From the NCBI GenBank assembly GCA_036172245.1, contig JAYWIR010000016.1, positions 3,596,001 to 3,660,000 of the forward strand: 64,000 bases of DNA, written 5' to 3'. Below, piece by piece: positions 1-13,100 of this stretch. A program made the translations under genes and the position numbers. This DNA is from Raillietiella orientalis. Lineage: Eukaryota. Each line of letters opens with the position of its first letter. The stretch's first letter is position 1. Under the pieces are notes generated by a model. That model worked only from the letters and a program-made list of their open reading frames with translations, had not been told where the DNA came from and ran no database searches.

Positions 1-30
1 AAAATTTTTTTTTACCAAGAAACTACTTAC

Positions 31-956
31 TCCATTTAGAATTGAAACATTCCCAGTAGATGCTTCTAAGCAGCAAATAACAGATGTGCACTTATTGGGT
101 AGCATTTCCCCCCAGCTCTGATGATAGACATGGTCATTCTGTTCCTAAAATTCAAATGCACATCCTTAGAATTCTTGATGTACTTCTACTTCAGAAGATT
201 CCTTGAACACACAAGCAGATGGAGATAAAGGTAGAGAAGGGCTTGTGCTTTTTTTCTCTGCAATGTAAAATAAGAATTTTTCATCCTTGCTCCATGTCAA
301 AGATCCAAATTGTGCTACGGAGAGGCAAAAAACAACATACAACTACTTTGATGAATCAAGCCTACAATCAGTGTAGACATTTCCATGAAGATTGCAGGCA
401 CTTATCTTCCAAGACTGCAGTCTTCGAGAATGATCCCATATTTCTATTGCTGCGTCTTCCGAATTCTTCGCAGAAGACTGCTTATGCTTGGAGTTATCAA
501 AAACTTTCAAATATGCCTTGAGCCCTGAGGGGGCATATGCACACAGCTTTCTAAAATAAATTTTTTGAGAAAACCCGCGGCCAGAATTCTGCAAATATTT
601 TTGCACGTCCGCGAAAAAACGAAAATTACATCCAAATACAAATTTGTTTCTCGGATTTGGTATTCACATGACATAATGAAAAAAGCACCAAAAATTTGCC
701 TCATGTTTCACGTACATACGTACACACAATTTATTTCGGAAGGAGGAAATCTGCCAAGGATCCCTTCGTTTTCTTGAAAAACGACTACGTTTTCGACGAA
801 CTGCGTTACTTCGTTTTTGCTCAGGTTTCTTTGTGAAAAAACAGCTTCGATGAAGGCTGCATTTTTAATCGGGCTCTCCAGAATTCTGGCTGATCCAACC
901 TTGGGGAAGCCTATAAGTTTGTGAATCACGTTTAGCACCTCGGAGGTTTTATTCAT
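31..956 (-). CDS. APEH: Acylamino-acid-releasing enzyme (acylpeptide hydrolase, peptidase S9C), N-terminal exons only; the gene continues beyond the left edge. Exons: 956-724, 550-366, 314-184 (or -190), 144-31
   Basis: The spliced translation MNKTSEVLNVIHKLIGFPKVGSARIL...FSQRNLSKNEVTQF...APSGLKAYLK...IEIWDHSRRLQSWKISACNLHGNVYTDSQFGSLTWSKDEKFLFYIAEKK...SWGEMLPNKCTSVICCLEASTGNVSILNG is colinear with recalled human APEH motifs (WTQRDL; SPSG; LEVWEKNR; HGPVYEDDCFGCLSWSHSETHLLYVAEKK; DWGENMVSKSIPVLCVLDVESGNISVLEG). All introns are GT-AG and phases close (2,1,0,0). Confidence 0.88.
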
Positions 957-3900
957 GGCAGCAAGTTGGAGCTGTCGTTCACAAAAAAAGCAGGACCTAC
1001 GTATGAGCCACGCACTTCCTAGGGAATCCAGGAGGTTCAAAAGTGCCGGCCGGCACCGAGTCCAGCAATCAATCCCACTTGAAGATAACGGCTAAGCAGT
1101 GCCACCACAAATGGACCGCCGTCTTCACCGGAAATGTCCCGGAAATGGCCATTCAACAGCTGGAAGATATCAGTGGAAACGAACGAAAACAAAAACGAAA
1201 AAATGGCTTCGGCTGGAAACAACGGCAACGGGATGAATGCAACAAATTCCTACAGTCACGAAGGTATCTTCGTTAAGTGCTGAATATGCTCTCTTTTTTG
1301 CATTGCAGATGTCGATTTCCTTGTTTTCCGAATAATATGGTGGACCACCAAAAGACTGACGTAATACATCTATGCCGTATGCTGTGAAATGTCCTGAGAC
1401 AAAGTACTTTTCATGTGACGTGATGCCTTCAGTTTCATGACAATTCCATGACAGTGTCCGGAAACACAGAGTGTCTTTATTAGTTTCGATGATGCTGGAT
1501 TCGAGTATTTTCCCTTTCCGTGTATTCGTGATAATAATGCATGCGTGCATGCGTCGTACTTCATTTCAGTAATGAGATCTGAAAAGCAAAAGACATCTAG
1601 CAACTGATTTTATTCTTCGACTTTCGAAACATTTCTAACACGGAACTAAGCAGCACACTTCCCTGAGTTTTGTTTGCATTCATGGCCCACCCTTCTTGTA
1701 TTTACTCTACGATTCAGGGTACCCTCCATTCCGTCATTGCGAACGACAAAGCATTAGACTTCATAGAATCAGTGGCCTGAAAAAAAAAACCACCCCCCAA
1801 AAGTGGAATCATCTAAGTAACGTTTGTTTCTGCTTTCTTGCTTTCCACACGAACGGCAACTGAATCCCATGACAAAGGTTCCTTCGAGAATCCTGATTTT
1901 CTCAGTCTACGCAAACCCTGCAGTGAGAAAAATTTCATCGGAGCACACAACTCTCTCTTCGTCTGCTTTCAGGCTACTCCTTCAAGAGTGGCGTTTCAAA
2001 AATACCTATTATGCCTTCGAATGTGCTGAGCCCCACAGACAGGCTTCCTTCATCATAGGTGGCATTCCTCTCTTCTCTGCCCCACTGAACTGAGGTCAAG
2101 ACCACAGCTCCGTGTCTCCTTAGAGCCTCGGTCCTATGGAAACCTCCGCGGCCATTGGTTTTTTTTTTTTTTTCCTGTTCAGCAGTAGTTCCCTGCGGGC
2201 GAATCTGCTGTCTGCGAGCCAAAATGCTCTTGCGCTCGATCTTTGCCGTGCGAGAACATTCTTCCACACTTCCATTGCTCTCAGTAGTTTCCGCTAGGAT
2301 CGTCTATGCCTCCCTACCGTGCAACTCGTGGAGCAGACGAAAGTTGCCTGACGACGACCACGGAGACAAACAAAAAAAAAGAAACTTTGCGCGTGCTCCG
2401 TCGGTCCTCCGCCCATTTAGGCAAGGCGAAGACTCGCATCCTTCCGAATCCTTCTTACGGTCGCGCTAAGTCATATGGAGACTCTTCCGTTTGTCTCTTT
2501 TCGTCAGAATGGCTTCTTCCATTGGTGGGATACAAGGACCTCACAGTCCTTTCGTGGTGGACGCTCCGCGGACTGCCCTTGCATGAGGTTCCCAACTTGA
2601 AGCTCGATCATTCTCTCCTCTCCCATTCTCCTACTTCCAATCTATGTCCCTGCATTCTTCTCGCTTAACTGCTGGGTGCGCAACGACTCGGAGGGTCATC
2701 TTTCAAGGCCTCCCTGGGATCCCAGAGGCTGCGAAATGTTGGACTTGCATCCAGAGAGGGAATGAGGCGATCCGTGATCGGATCCGTAGGGTAGCAAAGA
2801 TGCGGAGGTTGGGGTGCGGGTGGGGGGGGGGGGCGTAAGGCACATTCCCGGACGACGTGTCAGGATCGCGAAGCGTGCTCCCAGCGCACTTCTGCTCGAA
2901 GGGCGGTATGCTTTTCGGTTTGCGTTATTTTTCGCACGTTTCCTTCGCATCTGGGGCGTCACCCCTATCGCCCCTCTGCCCTGGTCCCCCTCAGTCGAGA
3001 AGTACCCGGATAGGCTGAAAAAGGGACGATGACTCCTTCGCTTAGGGATGCTGCGGAAGGATGCTCGGTGAGAGCGCGCCGCAGCGGCCCCCCGCAGGCG
3101 GCGACTTCCTCGCTACGTTCTCTAGGCGGCCAGGAAAAGCACGCCTCGGAGATTTCGTCCTGTCCTCTTTCGCGCCTCTCAGGAGAGACAAAGAGAGAGA
3201 GACAGCTCATCTCGCGGAAGGACGCTCTCTGGCTTACGTCTCTCCGGAGACATTTCCACAAGTGCTTGTGGGGCGGGTGGGGAAGGGAGCCTTCTGGCTC
3301 ACCTCCCCGCCACTCTTCCGAGATCTTCCCTGAGCCGGACGACAGCCGTTCGCTCGCAAACGGGAAAACTGGGAGATGTCCGCCCTTTCCCCGTAGGTTT
3401 CTCGGTATGCATGCGCGTCCTTCTCTCCGACGAGGCAGGTCGAAGATCTCTCTTCCCAGCTCGCCGACACCTCTCCCCTTCCCGCTCCAGCGTGACTGTC
3501 TTCTGGCTGGGAAAAAACTTCCTGCTTCCCAGAGGAGACAGCCACCTCGGCAGGTGGGGCCGTCGGAAGGGCGCTTTTCCCTTGTCCGAGAAAGGAATTC
3601 GCTCCCTCCCCTTTCCTTCCCTCCCCTCCTCCTCTGCTTCCGTAGTTCACGGCAGGTCGGGAGCGAAGGCTGCTCCCCTCCCCCTGTTGCGCTGCGGCTT
3701 GGGGGAGGTGGAGGAAGGGAGAGCTTGGATCTTGACGACAGCGCTCGCCATCCTTTCGTTTCCTGCCGCTTTACGGCGTGCCGCCTGCGCGCTCGAACCC
3801 CACAGCGCGAGGGCCGCTCCTTCTTCCCCTTCTCCCCTTTCCTCTTCGCTTCCCGGCTCCGTCATCGGGCGGCGTCTCGCTCCAGCAGCTGCCGCCGCAC

Positions 3901-6900
3901 TGCGCCGCTCTCTCCGCCGGGGGCAGCACCAGCTGTAGTAGTCCCCTCGCCACAGGCACGGGAGTCAGCGCGTTCGGGCTTCGCGCTCGCTACTCGTCTT
4001 CTCGCGCGCGAAGCGCGCTCGCAAAGAGGGCAGAGGGCAGCGGTTCCTCGCAGGTCGAGGAGAGCCAGCCGCCTGTGGGCGACGCGGCACCCGCCGCCGG
4101 TCCGCGCGAGGAGGAAAGAGGAAAACAGAGAGAGAAGGAGAGGGAGGGGGGAGTTTGTGGCGTCGCAGCTCTCGTCCGTTGCACTGCCACCACGTCGGAC
4201 AAGAGGATCTCCTGGAGAGCAAAGGGAAAAAGCTATTCCGGAACAGGCGGAGGGACTCGAATGTTTCCAGGAACAAAGCGCGTGGTTCTTTCACGGGGTG
4301 GTTGGGACCACGAGGGACCTCAAGCTTGTTCCCTCGCTCACCCCACCCCCCACCCCGACCCGTGGTTTTCATGAGAGCTCAATGTCGTGAGCTCTGTACT
4401 GTGTGCACAATCTTGGAATCCTCTGGTGCGTATACTTGTGCTCGTGTCGTACAGGGGTTGACCTTGAGCGGGCTCAAAAAAGCGAAGCTGACACGCCGGG
4501 GGAACGTCATGCGCGCGCGGCGAACAACGCTCGGTGCGCAAAACACGAGCGCGGAGTTTTCGTGTACGCGGAGAGTGTGCACGGAGCGTTCGTTCGCACG
4601 AACGGACAGCACGCACAAGGCACGCTTGCTGCGCGCCAGGTCTCGCACGCGCGATACGCGTTTGGCTCAGCGGCAGCAAGCCGAGGAAGAGCAGCAGAGT
4701 TTGATAAAATCGAGATCGCTCGGCCTCCCGAACGCGCGCCGTCCCGTCCCCTAATCCGGCTGGTGACAGCGCTACAAGTGTGCCGCCGTAGACACGGAAG
4801 CACGGCTCCCGGATCGATCCCGAGGGAACGAGATCGTTCGGGGCATTTCGGTTGTCGACGGTTTGTCGACTGCTCGGTTCGGGGTGTGTCATCTCGAGCG
4901 AGCACGACGTCCGCCAAGTCCCGTCTTCAAGAATGCAAGAAAGGTCCTGCTGCTTGCGGCAAAGAGACCTCCAACACAAGAGGGAACGAGAATCGATGCT
5001 TCCGGCGAGAAAAGCAAGAAGTGAATTTTCCGCATACAGGAAGGAAGCAGATAGAGCGGTGACAGGCCGGGTCTGTTTGCTTTCATCCATGGGGAATTAC
5101 GTCGAAGAAGCAGAAGAACTGCAAGTCCGCAGACTGAAATCCAATTGGCCGATCACTGAAGACGGGGGCTGGACGCAGGGAAAGAGAAGAAATCCTTCCA
5201 CGGTCCCGTGGAGGTGCTGCGCATCAGAGTCAAGAGGAAGGATCATCCATCCCAACAGTTTGGTCAGGGAAGGCGGGAGGCGCAATCCTATCGAAGAATT
5301 TCGAAGCAACCGCACCCGTCCTCAATGAAGTCCAGTCACTTCAAGGATCACATTTAAGGATAGATCCTTGGGGAAAGTGGCCTCCCAAAGATCCCCCGCA
5401 TCCACACAGAGAACACAAAGTCGTGCGCGTGCGAAGCCGAAGACGCGTTTGCTCTAGGAAACACGTCAGGAACGTCTTTCGTCTTCCATCTCTTGATGAA
5501 GAGTTACCAGTTGGCGGCAGATTGCAATTTCCATCACTGCTGAGAAGTCTGGTTGCAAAAGGTTTTTAAAGGATGTCCCCGCGAACGCTCATGTTGAAAC
5601 TTTCCGTACGATTTCTTAAGAGGGTTCTTGAAACAACAACGTTCCAGAGCCCTCTGTAGCTGAGGAGGGTTGCGAAAGGGTCCTGAGCTACAAACGTTAG
5701 GATGACGTACGCGAGATCCAACGATGAGATACTAGGGAGTCAGGAGGACCTATGAAATTCGCGGGATGGACACCCAATAGCATTAGGTAGTTTGAGAAGG
5801 GATTGTGCGACCATTACAGGTAGGCAGAGTGGTTAAAGATGGTCACCTTATTGAAGAGACCCAACGAAGGATGTTTTCGTGCGAAAGACATGGCAAATAT
5901 TTTCTTTGAGAGTGTTCCTTTCGTGAAGCTGTGCTAGAGGTTTCTTTCTCTCACAAGACAATTGGGAAGTACCTGGACCCTTTCGTGAGTTGAGGCTACT
6001 GGTGGTTAGCACAACAGAATGCTTGCCCGGAAGAGCCTTCGTCCTGTTTTCCCCTGCAGCGGCGTCGTGACGGTGTCCTTCATTCCAGCTCCGCAATGCC
6101 GTAGGCTAGAGGTGGTTCAGCAATTGAGTACAGTGTTGATCCTCGACACGCAGTTCCGTAATGGTGTAGACTGTGAGTTGGGGAGGTGCTAGAGGTCTGG
6201 AGTGCCTGCCAGCAGAGGACGGAAAGCGTCCGGTTGCGAGATGCCGTGGGGCTCGCGATAGCATCTCCTCCGTCTCTGGAGCCGCTCCGGGACCGCGAAC
6301 ATGACATCCAGACAGCCTGACTTCCGATGCATGACTTCTCGCGTTGTGATGGGACCGGTCACAAGCTCCCTAGGAACTCGCTCCCTAATGACCCACACGA
6401 GGAAAGACTTCGAGGGGAATTCCGGCGGCATTTCCGGCTAGCGTATTCGGACTCGTCGCCGTCCCATCGCCTGCTCCAGCTTGGACATTTAAATTTGAAC
6501 GAGCTTCCTGGAAGGTGAAACACCGAATTGTTTCCCGTGGAGGGAGGACTGCGACTGTCGTTCCTCTTCCGCTTGGATGGAACTTTACCGGAATTCACGA
6601 TTTCTTGTTTGGAATGCGGATAACCTAAGTTTCAGATTCAGAGATTGCGTAAGCGTGAAAAAAGCAAAAGCTGGAAAATGAGATTTTATCATTTTCTTTT
6701 TCTTTTTTTGTCGTCTTACTTTCTCTCAGGAGGCTATTAAGGCTGTCAGCGATGAGAGAGCTTTGCTGATGAACTGCAAAATGACAAGGCACAGCTCGGA
6801 AATTATTACTTCTGGATGCCTCTTCAGCAACTGATTTTCTTTTCTTTTCTTTTTTTTTTTTTTTGTTTCAGAATACGCATCGGAATTCTTTTCTCTCGCG

Positions 6901-7065
6901 CTCTCTCTCTGCCTCTCCTTGGAAGAATCATTACATTCTGGCCAGAAACAGAAGCAAAGTTCCAATCACCTCCTGGTTTCGAGCCCTCGGTTTCCCCACT
7001 AAAACAAAGAGATCGATGTCCGCGATAGATCCTTTTTATTAGAAGGTTACTTAGAATATTTCGGG

Positions 7066-7066
<1 letters not shown>

Positions 7067-7133
<67 letters not shown>
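7067..7133. repeat. (CA)23 microsatellite followed by a poly-A run
   Basis: Read directly: perfect CA repeat at 7067-7112, then A-run to 7133. Confidence 0.95.
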
Positions 7134-10100
7134 GAAAGCAAGAAGGAAGGAAAACATACCTGAAAGTTCAACGTCCTAGGTTCCAGATACGCCGCCGAGG
7201 AAAAATTTCTCGGTTATGGCACGAGCGAACGTACAAATTATTTTCTTAAGCGAAGGAAAGAGTGTTTCTCAAGTTTACCGATTCGCAGATGGTTTCGACA
7301 CTGATGATCGGAGACCAGGGGTTCCTCCCTAAAGAGCGATGTGTTTTCTTTTTCTCTTCCTTTTTTTTTTTTTTCTTATGGGGCGGGACACCACAAAAAC
7401 AGCTGGTGACAGGAGAGCGTTGTGTGGAACCTATAACGGTTGACTTTGGGTAAAAAAAACTGCTGGCGACCCCCCTGGATAAGGCGCCCCCTCGAACAAT
7501 AAAGGCCCACCATTTAATTGAATCTTCCAGGAAAAACAAGCGGTCAAGCAAAATCTAAAGGGTTCTGTAGATTTGAAAAGGTTTGAAAGTTGGGCTGTTC
7601 TGAATGGTTTCGAGGTGCCGCCCTATTTATTCGCACGCTCCAAGGCTCCATCTCGCCAACCCATTGTTGTCTGCCCACTGCTGCCCGTTTTCCTCTCGCT
7701 CCCGGATTTTCTCCCGTGCAAAAGAAATGGGGCCCTTTGAAGTGACCAGACAGACAACGCGTTGCCGTGAATTTAGGGGGTGTTTGGCGTGTGGTGTTCG
7801 CCGCCTTATCCACGAAGGATTCCAAGTCTTTTAATCGGTGAAAATTGGTGTTCTGCTTTTCCGATTTCTCCAAACCTTCACTTCAGATTCAATCACGAAC
7901 TACTTACCTTAAAGGTCGAAGCATCGCATTTTCGGTCCTTTGCGCAATTCGACGATTGAAAATGGGAGGGGGAGGGGGGGGGGAGAGGCAACGGTGAATT
8001 CCGTTTGAGAACGTTCTCGATGCTTGGCAACAGGAACCGTGGCTACATTGTCGTGACGGAATGAGCCTTTTCCCCGCAACAACAATGAAGCGAAACCGTT
8101 AGTTTTGCAACGCGTGCACTTTCCGCTCGCTTTTCCGCTGGGAGGCGCGCAAGGTGCGTCGCAGAGATCGCTGCTTCGGAGAGAGGACGGGGGAAACGGA
8201 CGGGAAAACACGAAAGCAATATAATAAGAGGACGTAACAACAACAGCAAAAGAAACGACAGTGATAACGCTGCAAAGAAATTGAAAAAGAGAAAAGTCTC
8301 AATTTCCAGCTGCTTTCTGCGAAGATCCAGGGAATAAGCCCTCTCAAAGAGTTCAGCTTCAATCTTTCGATGCATCCGTATAGGCCAATCTTCGATAGCA
8401 AAGGGTCATCGCTCTAATGGAATTCGGGTGGGATCATGAGCGAATGACGGGTCGACACATGACGTCATAAGACCGAAACGACTCGACGGGGAGGATCGAT
8501 GCTCGGGCGGGTGCGAGAAGTCTGGAAGCGCCGCCCCACAAGGGTGTGTTCGCGAGGAAAAACAACCCGTTCCTTCCGCCCGGGTGGAGAAGACGGGGGA
8601 GAGCGACGGATGCTGAAGGGTATCGGGAGCTTGTGGGGCTCCTTCGCGGTCAGCTAAGAGGCTTGACGGTGGTTTCTGCGGTCCCCTCCCCCCCCTCCAT
8701 CGTCTCCGGTCAGGCAAGAGAGAAGACCTCTGCCCAGACGCCAGAGCGCAAGCGATCCCCGATCTCCCTGGATGCGGGACGGGCGAAGCAGAGCGTTTCG
8801 GCTGTGCGCGCGCTGCAGGCGAGGAACGTCCCCAGCGGCAGCAGAGCGCCCTTCCACCTCCGGGAAAGGAGGCTCGTGGACTTCTCTTCGGGTCGCCGTC
8901 CGCCGGGGGCTCCTTGGAAAGTCCGGGGGACAAGAACCCGGCGAGGGAAGGGAGGAGGAGGCCTTCGCCCTGGGGGAAGGGAGAGAGGAAGGAAGGAAAA
9001 GGGGGGGGGAAGCTCGTCCGCTGGAGCCGTGCACCTGCCCAGGGATACATTCGGGTCTGGCGGTGGGGAGAGTGCGCTTCTCCCCTGCCCCTGCCCGTTC
9101 ACCTTTCACCGAAGCGCCTCCGGAGGCTGGCGAGAGGCTCCCTGCGTCGTCGTCGTCAGGGGTGACCGTTCCGCCCTTTTCCTTTCATCTCCGCACCTCC
9201 TCCGCCCTTTCCGGTGGTGGATCCGCGCAGGTTGGTTTTCGGCCTTTCTCTCTCTCGTTCCTTCCTCCCCATCCCACCACCCCTCCGGGAAGTTCCGTCC
9301 CTCCACCGTCTCTTCCCAGGGCTGGGCTGCTGAAGCTGGGCCGGCTCCGAACGCACTCATGCTCCCGGGATGACTCCACGAGCGCCCCTCTTCCGTTCTC
9401 CTCCTTCCTTCCGGGGAATCTCTTCCCCCCTCCCGGGAGGTGGCTGGCCGATCACCCGCTCTCCCGGTCTTCCCGGAAAGGGAGAGCGGAGGAGGAACGA
9501 TTTCGGCACCTCCCCCGGCGAGAGCTCCGGCAGCCAGGAGGGGACGAGGAGGAGGAGGGCAAGAGCCTTCTTCCTTTCTCCTCCTTGGAAAAGGAGACGG
9601 CGTCTCTCCTCCGCCTCGCCGGCTGGGCCCCCGTCAGCCTACGGAGCTTCTGGTAGGAGGGGCGCGCCATCTCGAGGCAGTCACTCTCGAGATCAATTCC
9701 GTCCCTTTTCTCCTAGCCCCCTCCTTCCAGGGGAGGCAAAGAGCCCAAGGAGGAGACACGGGAGACATCCGGTGCTCATCCCGCGCCAGCCCTCCTCCGG
9801 TGGAAGGGTGAGGGGCAGGCAAGGTGTCCCCTCGAGACGACGGGGAGGGATGCGATGGGGGAGGAGCGAGAACGAGAGGTTCCTGAGGTCATCGCCGCGG
9901 CCGTTCTCGGGGATGGAGGCGACGGGAGCCGCCAAGGTCGAGGCGAGGAGCGGGGGGGGGGGAGACGAGGAGAAGTCCCACCTGCAGAGCCTCCCCCTTC
10001 CGCTTCTCGTCGTGCCCCTTCCCCGCTGGCTGGCGACACGGATTTTTCCCGGAGGCGTTCGATCCCCCAGACGGACAGGGCAAGGGGGCTGCGCCGAGAC

Positions 10101-13100
10101 TCCTCGACCTACTCATCCTGGATTCCCGGGCCATTTATCTGACCCAAATGCATGGATGAAATTCGTGTAGTCGGAGAAGGGGCTGGTGTGCTCTGGCGCG
10201 GAACCAAAAGAACAGCCCTCGCTGGGGGTAGGATTGGGGAGGAGTGGGGAGGGAGTGGGGAAAAGAAGTCAGGACGGAGCACGGGATGGGGAGTCAGTCC
10301 CAGGGATCAGCCTCTGGTAGGGAAGGGATGGGAGTTCATCGTTGAGGGGCATGCCGGTCTCCCGGGAGTCCACACCCAAGCCCCCCCATTCAGCCGCCCC
10401 TCGAGCGTAGTCAATGGCGATCGCGGGAGGCTCTCCGGAAAGACAGCCACTCCCTCCCTCGTCCCTTGGAGTCGCCCCTGGGGCGGCAAAGCACCGCCGG
10501 GAGCAAGGAGGAAACAGAGTGGCGTCCGGGAAGCAGCAGCAGCACCTCGCTGCCAGACTGGCCCCGGCCCGTCTCCGTGCAATCCCTCTTCATCCGGAGA
10601 GAAGCGGCCCTCAGCTGGGACCCCCATGGCGCTGTCAGACAGAACAGGACGAAGGAGAAAAGAGGGTGCCACCGTGACTGCCAGCAGCAGCAGCAGCCAC
10701 CGCCGCCGCTCAGCTCAAAGAGCGGGGGAAAAACCGCCGCGGCAGGAAGGGAGGAAGAGGAGGAGGCAGCAGCGGTCACCAGAACGACCAGACCGAACCT
10801 CAGCGACTTCCCTTCTCCCCCTCCATCCTTCACCGTGCCTCACGGCGGGAGCCCCCGAGAAAGCGCACGGGAGCGGGGTCCTCGCCGCGCGTGTTCTTCC
10901 CCCTGACTTGACGAAAGGTGCGGATCCCCAGGGACTCCCGGGAGCGTCCCCCCGGGCGGGAGAAACAAAAAGGAAAACAGGGAGGTTTCCCCGACGACGG
11001 TCCGGGACAGCTAAATATCTCCTCTGTCGGCCCTTTCCCCCCCCCCCATCCCCCTCTTCCCCACCCTCCACTGCCATACAGAGCTCCTCGTGCCCCTGGG
11101 CGTGCCTGGAAGGGCGCGCTCGAGAACAATCCTTTCCGTCCGAGAGGCGAGGAGCCTTCGAACATCAGCCCTGGCAACCGACACTGAGCGGCAAACGAGG
11201 AGGGGGGGGTCCACATCCCCATTTTCCTCTTCCCGGCGTCTTCCCCGTTTCCGCGTCCTGACAGGACAGCGGTGGCGGTTGAGCGACGATCGCCAACGCC
11301 AGCAGCCCCTTTCCCTACCTGGGAGCCCGCAGGGGCGCCGACATGGGTCCTTCCGCCGGAGATCCTCCCCCCTGGGGCGAACTCGATAGGGCAGGGGACT
11401 CTGGGCCCTGCCTCCCCTGTCTGGCAGTGCCCCCAGCACCTCGAAGGGAGATCGCCTGGAGGAACGGAGCCCCACAAGGGCAGGGGGCAGCAAAGAGGGT
11501 CCGACCTATAAAATAGGGCGAAGGCAGGTCAGGGGAAAGGTCCTCAAGGTGCCTCCGGGGCCGGGGCGAGGCGTGAGATAGCGCCACTTGAGCCACGTTT
11601 CCTCTTCAGAGCATGGGCCCTCCATGGCAGATCACATCCTGCCCTATGGAGTGAGTGAGCCGAGTGCGACCTCTCGCCGGGGACTCCTCCAGAGAGGCGC
11701 CGTCCGCCTCCTGTCGCGGCCCGCGGGTCGGGAGAGGGTGAAAGTCAGAGGGGGCAGTGTAAGGCCCAGGGGGTGGAGTAGGGGTGGGCGACGGCGTTGC
11801 TCCCAGTCCAACGAAGGCGGGACGGGAAGAGAGCGCGTGAACTCCCCACTCCTTTATTCCTGGGAGAAACCTCCATTGTTCCGGTCTTCATCGGGAGCCT
11901 CCGGCTTAAACCATCACCGGTGCCACACCCGAATGTCTCGGTCAACCAGTGCCATTGCAGGAGAAACCCGGAACCCAATGCGCCCCTCGCCACAGACCAC
12001 GGAGCTCCCTTAAGGTAGAGGGGAGGGGGAGGTTGGGCGCCCCCAGCGGAAGGAAAACGCGGGCAAGGACGCCACTGCGCCTCCCCTGCGCACTTCCGAC
12101 TGCACAGCCACCTGTAGGGGGCGGCAGGCTTCGCGTCTGCGAGGGGCGCTCGCGGGGAGCGCAGTCAGGGACTTCCAAGTCCACCGCTCCCTCCTCCGCG
12201 GACCTCGTGAGGCGATCCGCATCGATCCCTGCCCCCTCAGAGTCCTCTCTCGAGAGAACCCGCTTCCCGCCGGCGTGGATACTTGGAGAGGGAAGAGCAG
12301 AGCTCTGATCCCGGACATTCCTGGATGGGATTCCCGCAGGCGGGAGCTGGGAAGGCGACTTTGCCCCCCCAATCTCTTCCTCCTCCTTCTCCCCCCACCT
12401 TCCCCCTCCCTTCTCTCCTCGGGAGGAAGGCGCATGGAGCCGAAAAGAGGGACACGCACCCCCCCGCCCCACTTACTTTCGACTGGGAGAGCTGGAAGGA
12501 GAGGAATCCTGTCTTCCTCCTTCCCCTCCCTCCCACTCCGATGGGAGAGAGGGATGGTCAAAACAAGGTGGGGAAGCGCCCTTCGGTCCCTCCAGGCCCC
12601 CCCATCAGCAGGACGTCAGCTCTCTCTGGGAGCTGCAGCGCGGAAAGGGGAGGAGTCCCAGGGATGGATCGGAGCTCCCACCACTTCAGGAAAGAGAAGA
12701 GAAGGGCACGAAATTCGGGACTACTGCCCCCCTTTCTCGGAAGTGCAGATGAAAACGATGGACCAGAAACCACGGGAGGCGGGAGGGTGTGGGTCACCAG
12801 ACCTTCCTCCCGCTCACTTTTTCTCTGGGGAGGGAAGCGTCTTTCCAGGATGCCCAGTCTGGAGCTGCCTGGGGGTCCGGAGACTCCCGGGAAGCCAGGG
12901 GAGGCCACGTCCGCTCCCTTGATCCGTTCTTCTTGATCCTTCCCCCTTCTTCCTCCTCCTTCCCTCCTCACGACTGACTTCCGCTCTCGGATGGCATCCG
13001 GGGCGCCGACGGGAGGCAAGGTTTCCAGGTGCTCCCACGGCCCCTCCTCCCTGCCTCCCTCCCCTTTGGCACAGCTCGCTCCGCCGGCGGTTGTGCCCGC

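Noticed and set aside
1043..1390. Plus-strand ORF with possible splice sites divergent from APEH
   Set aside because: It starts at GTG, has no recognisable domain and stops soon after the putative splice. At most a divergent non-coding transcript, which I cannot support.
5821..5850. tRNA D-arm/A-box-like 'ggcagagtggttaaag'
   Set aside because: No T-arm GTTCRA at the right spacing and no cloverleaf.
11505..11517. Isolated TATAAAA within the palindrome-like cctataaaatagg
   Set aside because: No associated exon or ORF, 4.9 kb from the megalin ATG. A single short motif is not enough.
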